Source: Podarcis tiliguerta (Eukaryota). From it: DNA of 64,000 nucleotides. The translations under genes were made by a program, and so were the position numbers. Each line of letters begins with the position of its first letter. The first letter of the stretch is position 1. Under the pieces are notes generated by a model. The model was not told the origin of the DNA and did not search any database. It worked only from the letters and a program-made list of their open reading frames with translations. Location: NCBI GenBank assembly GCA_965153285.1, contig OZ229117.1. The stretch is one strand, 5' to 3'. Shown in pieces: positions 1-12,100 of the stretch.

Positions 1-2179
1 ATGTTCACCCTATGTTTTGCAAATTATGGCTGCCAGAATAAATTGTATACATTGATGTACAGTTATATAATGTAATTGGAGTACTAAATGCAGAGATTCT
101 TGGCGCGGAATCTTTTCTAGAATACACCCCTGAAGGCCCATCAAGAAGGGGGGGAGGGAGGCAATTTGGACTTTGCAAAGGGGTGTGTATTGGGGGACAG
201 TGACTGCTCCTTAATGAGCGAGGCATCTTGTCTGCGGGGTGGCTGATTCAGTAGATGCCAATACCCAAGTGCCCAACCCCAGGCAGCAGCACCCTCCATG
301 GTTCCTTCTGAGGGGAGGGGAGACCTCTGTTAAGTTGCTGCGAGGACAATTTCCTCTGTGCCCTGTGCCACTGTAGGGCAGGAGGCGTGAAGGGCCTGCT
401 GGTGGTGGCAAGGAGCGAGCCAGGAGGGTTTGCTGTCCTCCATCTTGCCTGCCAAGAGGCCCTGTCCAATAGGCCGAGGGGAGGCCTGCTGGCTTCACTG
501 TTTGGGTGGCCCCAGAGACTCAGCTGGACCAGGGAGAGAAGAAGGTAAGAACTGAGAAGGCCAGCCTCATCTTCCCCTCTGTGAGCCCAGCCCCACATTT
601 CCGCCTCTTGCCTCATATCTGAGAACCTTTCCCCTCATAGGAAAACCTATGGCAAGCAATTAAACCATTTCCAAAGAGTGATCTGCTATCAGTAGAAAAT
701 GATGCCAGCAATTGCCAGCTGCTTATGTCAGATTTCACCCCCATTTTGTGACAGGCTTCTCTCGTGCACCCCAATTTTGCAGACTGGTGAGCCTCACTAA
801 TTTTCTGTGGGGTATTCCAATCGTGGTATCTTGGTTGTAGTATATGTAGTGACTCAAAAAGATTCAGGCACACCTAGTAAAGGAAAAATGGATCCAGTAA
901 CAAGTCACATGATGCGTTGTAACCTGCTTCTTTATAGTGTTCAATTTTTTGTGTGATTTGTCCGCTCTCTGCATGGAATGGCTATAACATAGCTGTGCTT
1001 TGCAGATAGGTGAGTGATGGCTGCCAGGGTAACTCAGATAAGTTGTGTTCTCCTTTCTAGTACAAGCTAGCCCACCTTCTCCGCTGTGCGTCCTAAGAGC
1101 TCCCACCTAATTTCAGAACCAGGGTCTACGCTTTATTAGGCAGCTGGTCTTTGAAAGAGACTGCTGGGCATGGTTAGAAAAAGCAGAAAGTCCCAGGAAC
1201 AACAGCTGCTAATTTCTGGCAGAGGCAATAGTTCACACTTGCAGCCCAGGATCTCTTGTTAAGTTCTTTTTGAGGAAGAAAGTTTGCACATGGTAACTTT
1301 TATCACCTTGCTTTCATTTAATTGCATTGCATTTATTATATTTATATCCTGTTTTTCTTCCAAGGAATTTAGGGTCCTCCCTGCACCTGCATTTCATCTT
1401 CACAGCAAATTATGTGAAATCATTTTATTATTGATGATTGATTATATTTGTTATATTTATTATACTTGTTAGTTGCTACAATTTGCCCAAGGCAACTCAA
1501 AGTGACTCACATTTTGATAGGGAGAAGATAAAGTAGGATAGACTGAGCTGCATGAAAGTCTCCAGCATTGTCACTTTGGAAGGACCGATAGACTTAAAGG
1601 CTTTCCCTGATTTGGTAAATTCAGAGATTTATCACCTTTAAAATAAAAGTGTGACTTAGCCTCAGATGTTGAGGAAAAGGACACTTTGTGCTTGAAGCAC
1701 ATTCTGCAGAGTGGGTGGCTCATCTGAATTCATTAGGAGATGACAAGTTAATTGTTGTCAGATGTATTCGTTTTGGCAGCGAGCAGAACTGCTGAGACTG
1801 CAGGATCCTGCCTTTTGGTCTCTTTGGCGCTGGTGTCACAGTGAAGGAAGCCACCCTTGCAAGAAGGGAGGTTGGCTCTTGAGGCTGCGGCCTACCCTGC
1901 TACAAAGATCACTCCCAGGAGGCCAATCTTATGTCTTCTGAGCATGTGCGTAGATGCTACTGTACCTTCTGCTTCCATTTTAAGTCAAAAAGGCCACAAT
2001 TTTCTCAATGTTCAGAATGTGGATACATATTGGGGTTCCCCTAATCTGGAGTTAGAGTTCCTATTCTTTGTGGTAGTTGAAAAGTGGGTAAGTGATGCAG
2101 TCTCCCAGAAACCTGAAGGGGGTTTGGCCCAGACTACCATCTCCTTTAGCTTTGTTTCCTTATAATGTGGGAAGAGGGC

Positions 2180-2280
2180 TTATTGTTTTGCTGTTTTGTT
2201 TTAATTATTTAGTTGTGTTTTTATCTTGTATTTTATTCTGTGAACCACCCTGAGGTCTTATCATGAAGGGTGTATGAATT

Positions 2281-2315
<35 letters not shown>
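2180..2315 (+). mobile_element. L2-type LINE 3' tail ending in (AAT)n
   Basis: T-rich tract, TGTGAACCACCCTGAG..GAAGGGTGTATGAA, then (AAT)~11. Confidence 0.55.
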
Positions 2316-2317
<2 letters not shown>

Positions 2318-3120
2318 AATGTGTTCTGCTAATTCTTGCTTAAATAGTCTGCCCTAGAGTCTAGTAAATGCTAATAATGCAATTAAAAGAAGCAACACAA
2401 TCTCATTTTTTAAAATAGTAATTTATTAAATGCTTAAATGTTTTTGCACATTTATTTCATAAAATTTATTTACCACTTGATTGTGGCAAAGCCACCTTAA
2501 AGAGGTTTACAAAAAGTGTAAAACAAAAAAATCACTGATATTAATAGTTTAAAAGAGCTATTTAAAATTTATGTAAATTAGATTCCCTTATGTTAAGAAT
2601 CTGTGTTTTCTTGGAGGAGAAAGGGGATTGATGTAGCAGTCACCAGAGCAAGAGCTGGCTTTCTCATAAAGAAAGGTGGGCAGCTGCAGATTTCAAAGGC
2701 AGGGAGGGTACCTCCAGGCTAGGGCTGGCAGAGAGTGTGCTGTATGTTGAGAGCAGAACAGGGGACTACGGTACATGGACAATGTTCGGAAGCATAATAT
2801 AAACTTTTTATGATACGCTCTAGCTGGCTTTAGAAACCCAAACCCAGCTTGTGCTGGTGGTATGATGGGTCGTGCCTTCCTCTTGCTCTGCCATACTGTC
2901 ATCATGGCTGCTTTCTAAAGCTCTTGGCTTTGGAGTCCCATTTCTAGCTGGAGTGACTGTGAGAAAACTGTACTAAACACTTTTAGCCACTTCTTTTTCC
3001 CATACCTCCCACCCCCAGTTTAGGGGGAACTTTTCTTTTTCAATATAATTCCACCAGGGGACACCTTGTAAGCCTGCAGTTCTGGGAAGCCGGACCAGCA
3101 GCTGCATAAGCCCTTTTAGT

Positions 3121-3159
3121 CTCTCTTTTTCACTCTCTCTCTCTCTCTCACACACACAC
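3121..3159. repeat. (CT)n(CA)n compound microsatellite
   Basis: Direct reading. Confidence 0.85.
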
Positions 3160-3463
3160 CCTGCGCACTGATATCTACAATAATAATAGTTTAGCAACAG
3201 CCCCACCCCTGCTCAGTCAGGGGAAGGATTTTGCAGCGTAAGCTGTCTGCCGCCACTCTGTCGAGACTAGGTGAGCGCTTCATTTGCACGGTAGAGGAGC
3301 TGGGCTTGGTGGATGGCGGTGGTTCAGAATGGTGGCACAAAAAATGAAGAGGGCGGATACATCGATGTCCTCTGCCAAGTAGCAACCTGAGTCCCGGCAG
3401 GCACAGTTTCCACCTGTTGCTCCTCCTGAGCCACTTCACGCTCTCCTTTCCTTCTCTTGGCAG

Positions 3464-3661
3464 GATTCCCAGTCCCTGGACAGTTGTATCCAGAGTACGC
3501 TCTCGGCACTCTACCCTCCATTCGAGGTCACAGCAGCCACGGTTCTGTGCCAGGTCTTTGATGTGGTGGAGAAGACATACCGTGGGGACGGCCTGCACTA
3601 CCTCATCGACTTTCTGATTCCAGCCAAGCACATCTTGCAGTGCGTTCAGCAGGATGCCTGT
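3464..3661 (+). CDS. PLEKHG4: PLEKHG4 exon, N-terminal conserved domain part 1 ([22 protein letters not shown]...QQDAC)
   Basis: Pyrimidine tract plus CAG acceptor, GTGAGT donor, 198 nt, phase 0-0; resembles ARHGEF40/PLEKHG4B N-terminus. Confidence 0.9.
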
Positions 3662-6600
3662 GTGAGTATCATGCTGCCTCCAGGTTGACCCAGAAGATTC
3701 TGCTAGCGCTGCAGGTGGGAACTGAGAACCCGCCATGATGCTCATGCCTAGGCTCCTACTCAGCTAAGGAGGAGGGGGGACAGGGAGCAGTGCCACCGGA
3801 TGCACTGGCGAAAGTAGCCAAAGGGTAGCCAAAGAATCCTCAAGGGGACACTGTCCTCTTGCCCATGGCAATGAGGCATACTCTGGATTCCCCATCTCCA
3901 CCCCCACCTCCCAGTAGCAGTAATTATTTTGGAATCTTTAAATGTTCTGACTTGTTATGTGTTTATCATAGTGAACAATTATGTAACTGTCCTACTTAAG
4001 AAAAACAATGTTTTTTCGGATTTAAAAACATTTTGTTTTATGCAAATGCATCAGTGTTGAAGGCCAGTCACCGTGTGACCTCCTTCCAACCCCGTTGCAT
4101 TGCCATTGCCTAGCTTGAGGGTCCAGCCTGAACATTAGCAACAAAACATGCCCTCCATTAGCCACATGTTCTCTATAGATGCCTATTAATACAAGAACAA
4201 AAAGGGTGGGGTGTCTTGCAGGAGGTGTGTTCTCTTGCCTGGATTCTACAGTTACACACCTTCAGCTCCCTCCCCCCACCTACTCTTGGCAGGCAGCAGA
4301 CTGTCAAGTTTCTGATGGAAAGGTGCCAAGTGATTGCCCAATCAGAAGTTTTGCTTCTGTTCTCCTTTGCTGTCACAATATTTGCGGATCTCAGTAGCTG
4401 CTAAGGAGTCTCCTTCCCCAGTAGCAACTGTGGCTCTCTGGTTTGTGCAGACTTTACGGAACCAGATCTGGCCCAGGACTCTGGTGCATGATGTGGAACA
4501 TCCGGGTGGCTCTTCCTTCCCTCCCCACTGCGGCACATTCATTTCAGTGGGACTTACATAGAATAATTGGAAGATTGTAACCTATCATGATCTTCATGGA
4601 ACCCAAAACCTGTCCCCAGGGATGGCTGTCCCAGCTTGCCTCCTAGCAGTGCTGCCTCTGTGTGGGACTCATGCCTTAGCGTGTTTTCATACCCAAATCA
4701 GCTTTCCATGGAAGTCAAAGGGACTTGTTTTTGTGCGCAGAGTCAGTCAGAGGGTTGCGGGTTGCGTAGGCAGACTAAATCCAAATCAGGGAAGGACCTG
4801 GGGCCTGTTCTAGCTTTTCTGTGGCTTCAGGATCACCACCGTCCTTCTTTCCTCTTTTCTCAAGCTGTAGAACCACATTCAAAGTGAACAGGAGAATGGA
4901 AAGCCCCTCCCCCTTGGTGTTGCTACCACCAAAATGCTTCATTAAGCAGCTTTTTGCTTATTGATGCATTGATGCTTTGCCTTTTGACCCTGGTCCCTGA
5001 CTCATTGTTTAAAACAGTATCACAGTAAAACAAAAAAATTGACAAGTAAATAAAACATTCACCCTGGGATTGATGCTCTGAAGGGCATGGAAATGCCTGA
5101 CATTTTTTAAAATGCTCCAGGACTGCAACCACATAAACATTGCAAAGCCGAAAAAGAAAAAGTGTTCAACAAGATTTCATTGCTCTTAGAAACCTAAACA
5201 TGAAGAACAGCAAATTGATAGATATGGGGAGGAAGTTATACAATGTAGCACCACAGGGGAAGGTCTCTAATAGCTACATTGAAAGGTGGCGTTACCTGAA
5301 GATCTTACTAGTGAGTCAGGGGGTCTTTGAGATACTCTCATCACAATTTGCCATGTATTCTTTAGAAATAAAATGGGTTGTGCACACTCAGACATGCCAA
5401 AAGTCAATGTAAGACCAGCCCCAGTTTTCCATCATCCGGCTGTTTCCATTTGTGCTGCTGTTAATAGAAAGCTATGAGATCATTGTTAGGATGTCTGTTG
5501 TCTGTTCTGAAAACCTGCTTGCGGTCAGTTCACCTGGATTATCATTTTCCTTCAGGTCCAGTATTGCGGATTGCTGTTCCGGCATGAGGGCTGGCCCCTC
5601 TGCATCCATGAGAAGATTGTAGTTCAACTTGGCTCCTTCGACTGGCGGATCCTGAGACCAGGAGACTTTTACCTGCAGGTGGTCCCTTACTTGAAAAAGT
5701 CCCCACGAATCATTGTGAAATGTTTGGCCGAGGACAAGCATAATGTTGATGAGCTTGTGGTTCCTGAAGTCTCCTACACTTCCATTTTCACTGTGGAATG
5801 GCTGAATGGCATCAACAGGGAGCGGATGGGAATGGCACTGGAAAACTGCTTACTAGGCACAGAAGATAAAATATTCCGGGTGCCCTGGGACAGAATAGTC
5901 AATCCAGAATTTATTGAAAGCCCCCCCAAAATGAACAGTGGCTTAAGTTCTGTTCCAGTGACTGAACAGCCTTCAGATTTGGTCTTTTCAGAGGTGCCGT
6001 CTCAAAGCAGCTCCCTTGAAGTGGAGTCCCAACTTTTTAATGGACCCAGTTTACCTGAAGACAGCTTCTTCATGACCAATGCAACAGAGCAACTTGTGAG
6101 GGCAGCTGCCAGCATGGACTGTGTGAGCCCAGGCCTTGGAAAAGACTCTATAAGTGACCTGGAAGGGGAATATGTGGAGCTCACAGATGTTTCACTGCCT
6201 AAATTTGGACCTCAATCAGTCTCCCTCAGTTACTGCACTAAGCCGAGGATGAGAGTAAAGGACAGGCCTGCAGCCAATCAGGACAGCAGCACTAGCCTGA
6301 GGAATAGAGTTGGTTTAGCAGTTGTATTAATGCCACACGGGCATCTGGACACAGCAAAGTCCTCTGATACCCAGGCCAGTAATGCTAGGAATCTTTTGGA
6401 GGATGATCATGAACTAGAAAGTGACAAATTGCTATTGGAAGATTATGAGGGGCCTGCTGCTGGCTCTGATCCCAAGGAGCCTTCTGATGTAAAGGGACAG
6501 GCCCAGCCAGAACATGAGCTTGACTGGAGGTACGCAATGTGCAGCTACCATGATGGAGAAGATGCTGAATGTAGGTCTCTGACAGCTGTGGCTTCTGAAA

Positions 6601-9138
6601 TAACAGAGACAGCTCAGAGGAATAGCACAGAGCTGGGAAATGGCAGCAGGGCCTCTGAGCATGGCTATTGCTCTAGTGTGCTAGGAACAGGCACCAGGGA
6701 GGGTTGTGGGAGTTCTGGGAAGGATAATTTCCCTGAGCCTCATTTGGGACATTTGGCCAAGGACTCTGACCCTTCCAGCCCAAGGTTGCAGGAGAATGCC
6801 TTTTCCCCACCCATGCCAAAGTCACTGTCACCAAAACCCTTCTCTGATGTGAGGGCGGCAGCACACAGTCACCTCCCACAAGAACTGTTAGTAGAAGTCA
6901 CAGGTCACACTTCTGAGTGGCTGGTGGAGCTCCATCACCCAGTTGAGCAGTTGGAAAAGGTGAGCCCAAAGCCAGCAGAGGCACTAGTGGGGTTGGGCAG
7001 CAGTGTTTATGGAGAGGAAAACCTCCAATGTTTAGCCAAGCAAAGTCTCTCTGAGAAGGAGAAGCAGACCAGTTCTGGAAGCACCTTGCCACTCCAAGGT
7101 GAGGCAGAGGCACACCTGCTCCAAGAGGCTGGGCAAGAGAATGTGGATTGTTCTCAACAGGAAGCTGAGAGTGCTTTTCTACCTGTCAGTTCTGGGATAA
7201 CAGCAAAAACAGTGGGGAGCAGCTGCAGCAGCCCTTCAGTGGAGACAGATGCACAAGTTGAGGATGCTTCTAATCAGGGTAACAAAGAAGAAGCTGCGGC
7301 TTGTTGGGTGGACCTACCATACCTGCTAAGCAAACCAAACACTTTGATGCTGGAAACCCCCCCAAAGGTGGAATGTTTGACAGGCAAGCCCCAACCCGAT
7401 AAGGAGGGCCCAGTAGCACCCCTCCCCTCTGCACCAGTGAAAACGATGTTACAAGGCAGCACCAGGAATGTCTCAAATGGGGACCAAGTAGTCACAGGTA
7501 GGATTTGTGTCATTAATTTGGGAAATGTGGGTTTGTTTGTTCTTCTGGCAAAGTGACTTTTATGCAAGGAAGGCAAGGGGTGGAGGTTGAGAGTTCAGGC
7601 CTCCTCTGATGCTTCCCTGTGCCAGGGAGGAGCTTCAGCATCCTCAGAGTATCCTAGGACATTTTTGGACTAAATGTGGATTAAATATTAATAGTAATAA
7701 TCCTACCAATTTCGGCTCTCCTTTTCCCATCCTCCGTAAAAAATGACACGCCCCCCTCCCCGCAAAACCCCCCCCCCCACAAATTTCTAGCCCTTGTGTT
7801 CCATGAAGGGTCCTGCTTGCCAGTTTCCTACAGGCATTGGGTCATTGGCCTGTTACAACAGGACTCTTCCTATTGTCCATTTTGTGCAAATAAGCAATTT
7901 GCATACATTTGAAGTGTGCAAACTTTTCTGGATACATAATTAAATTTTCTGGTTGCAGGGTTTTGATTTTTTAAGTGTTTGTGCAGCATATACATAGGCA
8001 TCTATAGTGCTTTTATAACACTAATCTAAACTAAGTGTGAATATGCAGGCATGAGAGTTCCTAGAGATGAGGTCGCATCTTTGCTCCTCTTCCAGCCTTG
8101 CTGCCTCTGCCCTGCCATCTTGAACTAAACCATGGTTTGGCTTAGCATGTTGTCTGAACCCAGGCTGGTAGTTTGTCTCACCCTGGCAGACTGTGAGCTA
8201 GAAACCCACTTGGTTGCAATGGAGTGAGACAAATCATAAGCCTGGGTCCAGACAACATGCAAAGCCAAATCATGGCTTATTTTTGCTGCAGCAGCTAGGG
8301 AAAATCACCTGGGGTGGAAACAGAAGGATGAGAGGAAGGACAGGGAAGCAGTCCATTAGGGATGTCCTTGTTGTTGTGACATGAAAAGAAGCAGGCCTTG
8401 TTTGGTGTGCACTTGTGGAGCGCATGTGAGTGAGTTTGCCTGCTCGCTCGGCACGTGCTGGAGCTGAGTCAGAGGAATCGGCTGCCTGCTTACCTGCCCA
8501 CACAGTTGTTGCTTAACACACAACATTTCAAAATGATCTGTAATGCAAATGAAGCTCCCTCCCTGAAGAAGCATTTAGGTAAAGATCTTGATGAATGCTT
8601 CAAGCAGGTTAGAGCATCTTGCATGCTATTGTGGAAGGCAAAAACTGGCTGTTTTGGAAACCTGAGTGTGTATTTGTCTGTCTGTTCCTTACTGACTCCT
8701 TCTCCCTGTCCTTTCTTGGTGGTTGGCTTCAGAGATATGCTGCAGCAGCAGGGTTGGCTATGTGGGCAGAATCCAGTTGGATTTACATTAATAATAGGAA
8801 GTTGCCTTATACTCAGTCAAATCCATTTGTCCAACTAGCTTAGTACTGTCTACACTGACTTCCAGTGGCTCTCCAGAGTTTCAGAGAGGAGTCTTTCATA
8901 TCCCATCCTGGAGACGCCAGCGGGGATAGAACCTTTGGACCTTCTGTGGACAAATTGGTTGCTATCCCACTGAACTATGAGCCATTCCTCTAATTTGCAA
9001 ACTCCCTTGAAGTGAATGAGCCCTGTGCAGAGGTGCTTTTTGAGGAAGTGGGTCCTTGGCACAAGGGCCTGGAGTGGAGGCCAGATGTCACACCACACCA
9101 GCAGACAGCAGGCCTATAGCAGCAGACTTTGGAGAGGG

Positions 9139-9176
<38 letters not shown>

Positions 9177-12100
9177 AGCAGCCATTTTTGGTGCCGGGGC
9201 TGCACTTCTTGCCCTGCTTGGCTCTGAAAGCTTGCTCCCTGCGAGTCTTCACTTGGGTCTGGCTGAGATGTACACAACTTGTGTTTAATTGAGTTGTTAG
9301 CAGCTTTGCTATCAAAAAAAGATGCCCCTTAATGCTATTCATTGAAGGATATTGCAGAGTCAGAAAGATCTGAGGTAATTTTAAAAAATCAAAATAGTTG
9401 TAAACCTTCCCTTTTCTTGTTGGAAGGCAGCTTGTCCCAGGCCTTTTCCTCTTCCTCTTCCACTTCTGGAGGTGGGCATGAAAACAAAGAATGGGGAGAA
9501 AACTCCTTTCTGATCCATACTTCTTTAGCATTCTGGAGGAGGGTAACATGGTGTGTCCTGGCCTGCAGTACCAATAACAGCAGCCCACCTTCTCAGTTAC
9601 AGCAAAGAACGAATTACATCAGTTCTCCAGCATCTATATTAGCTCCTTATTGTCTTCTGGTCACAATGTAAGGTGTGGCTCTTGACCAAGAAAACTCATA
9701 GGCTTTGTTTCTAATTACCTCCGCGGCTGCCTTCTCTCCTCCCTACGCTTGCCACAGGGAAGATCAGTCGAGAGTGCCGCCATTTGCATGCCACGTTTGA
9801 CAAGTAAGGTGTTGAGAGAACTTTTTTTCCTGGTAGCTGCTTCTTGAGGCAAGATGAGATGTCAGGAGATCTGATAGCAGCTTTCTGCCAGTTGTTGTTG
9901 AGATTTTTTGTGTGTGGTGGTGGGGCAATCGTTTCAGTTCAATGCAGACATAGAGCCTCACAAATTGGATAAATGGGGATTAGCACTTGGACAGGAGACA
10001 TTTAACCCTTTCCTTCTGTGCTGTTTTTCCAATCTAAATTGCCTCCCCAACCCTGAAGCTGCTTTTATCCTAGGCACCTATATCCCCCTACAGGACAGCT
10101 TCAGTTAGGGGGCATTTAGATCAGGAAAATGGTGCAGTCAGATTAGAAACCTGCCCATCATGAATTTGGTCCTGTGTTGTTTCTCTAGGTCTCAGCTGGT
10201 ATATTTCCCATGGGAGCTGTTACTACCCTCCCCTCTTTGGGCTGATGTTCAATGGCTATAAATAAGCAGGTGTGTGGAGTAGTGGCTTTTAAACACACTA
10301 TAATTGGGTATTTTTGTGTTTATTATATTTGCTTTATTTTTAACTGTTGCAGTTTAATAAAGAAACGAATTTTCTCTGAATTTATTTGGCAATGTTGACA
10401 CGGGTCTGTGTGTGCATATGCGACAGCATGGGCTGTAGTTGGCACAGTGAAAGTGAAGGCAGGCAAGCAAACCTGCCAAACCAATCCTTCCTTCTTCTCC
10501 TGATTCTCCTATGCAAAAGAGGCCTTAAGAGGAAAAAGCAACAATTTTATAACCCAAGCTTCACAGCCAAATACCCAACACAAAGTGGGTGATAGACCTA
10601 TTCTTCTAGCATCACTTTTTCTTTTACAGAAGCCTCATTGAAATGGGTAGAAGAATTCAGCAGAGGAGGTGACCAAGTTAGGCTGGTGCCAGCTGATCAT
10701 GGATCTATCTGGGAAGAAGGCTCAGCAGTGGCCACACACCAAGAATATCCCTTCGTTCCATCTGGTGGAAGTCAGCAAACTGTCCCCACTTCCATGAAGG
10801 ATGTAAACTGGGAGGTGCTTAGGAGTGGAGTTGCCTGCCTGCCAGGTAATAAGCATGGCTCTTCATAGACTGTTGCTGAAATTCTATAGTCCATGTCTTT
10901 GGTCTTTGGGCTCTAGTCTTAAGTACTAGGTAGTAGTACTACTAGTAGTTTTCAAGTGGTGTTCCACATACTGCATTTGCATGAAAATCCTGCAAATAAA
11001 AGCACCCAAACCAAGTCATAGAAGGAGAGAACTGTGAACTGCCTTTTTTAAAAGCAAGCGCCTTTCACATTTTCATCCTTCTACCTCACTAAGTCAGGTT
11101 AGTCTTGTTTAGAAGAGAGCCCAGGAAATCTTCTGTGTTGGGGTTCCAACAGAGACATCCGTTTGGATCAAAGGCCCAAGGTGAAACCGCCTAGGTGTTT
11201 TGTCCACTAAAAGGATTAGGAGCCACAGGTTATCTCATTAGAATAAAGTCTGCGTGTCTGCCTGCATTTTACCTGTCCAGGCGAATGGCCAATGGCCAGC
11301 ATTTCCCAAGGGCTTCCTGTGGATGGAAAGAGCATAACTGTAGTTCCTGCCCAGTAGCCAGATTTAACCAAATCATCCTTATTCACAGGCACCAGAGACA
11401 AGTATGGACATGCTGTGGTCATCATCACAATGAGGAATACAATTTGGCTAAACCCACACTGCAATGCTAGTGAGCTGATGCGCCTCCTCCTGTACTTACG
11501 GAGTGTCCTCAGGTTTGTGGGATGACTGAGGAAGGGAAGAAGGAGAGAGTGACCAGAACAGGAAGAAATGTTGCTGCACAATATATGTATCACACCAGTA
11601 GGCCTTCTAGTGTTTCCCGTTCTGCAGGCTGCATTTCTTCTCCATGTGTGCTGTTTGCAGAGATACTGTGCTTTTGAAAATCAGGAGGCATCGGGGCCAT
11701 CAAGCCCTGAGCACAGCAACTTAGTTAACCTTCAAGATGGAAGTACTGTTCTTGTTGTTGTTTTGCTAAAATTGCACTGTGGCCTACTTTACTGGTTAGT
11801 TGAGAGGATAAAAAATGATAAAGTGCTTTGTCAAATTTTAAATGGCATTACGAAAAGTAGTAAGCTGCAAGGGACTGTTCAAATGAGAACATAGTATGTA
11901 AAGCCTATATAGGAGCATGGATGACACTGTGCCTGGACAGCTCACCCAGGCAAGCCTGTCCCAGCAGAAACTCACACACTGGATTTGCCAAAGACTTGCA
12001 TGTAGAGTCTAATGTGCACAGGCCAGAAAATCCTGGTTGTGTCCCAGATTCTTTTTTCTTTGATTTTTAGACTTACTGTACTTGTTTTTATATTACTTCA

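Noticed and set aside
600-2165. Several 80-100 aa ORFs and slightly atypical composition upstream of PLEKHG4
   Set aside because: No homology, splice-phase link or repeat structure that I can support
3191-3745. 184-aa antisense ORF
   Set aside because: Shadow of the PLEKHG4 exon on the opposite strand; no recognisable domain
5571-7556. 661-aa ORF as a stand-alone intronless gene
   Set aside because: It starts at TTG just after a strong acceptor and has an in-phase donor at 7497; it is an internal PLEKHG4 exon
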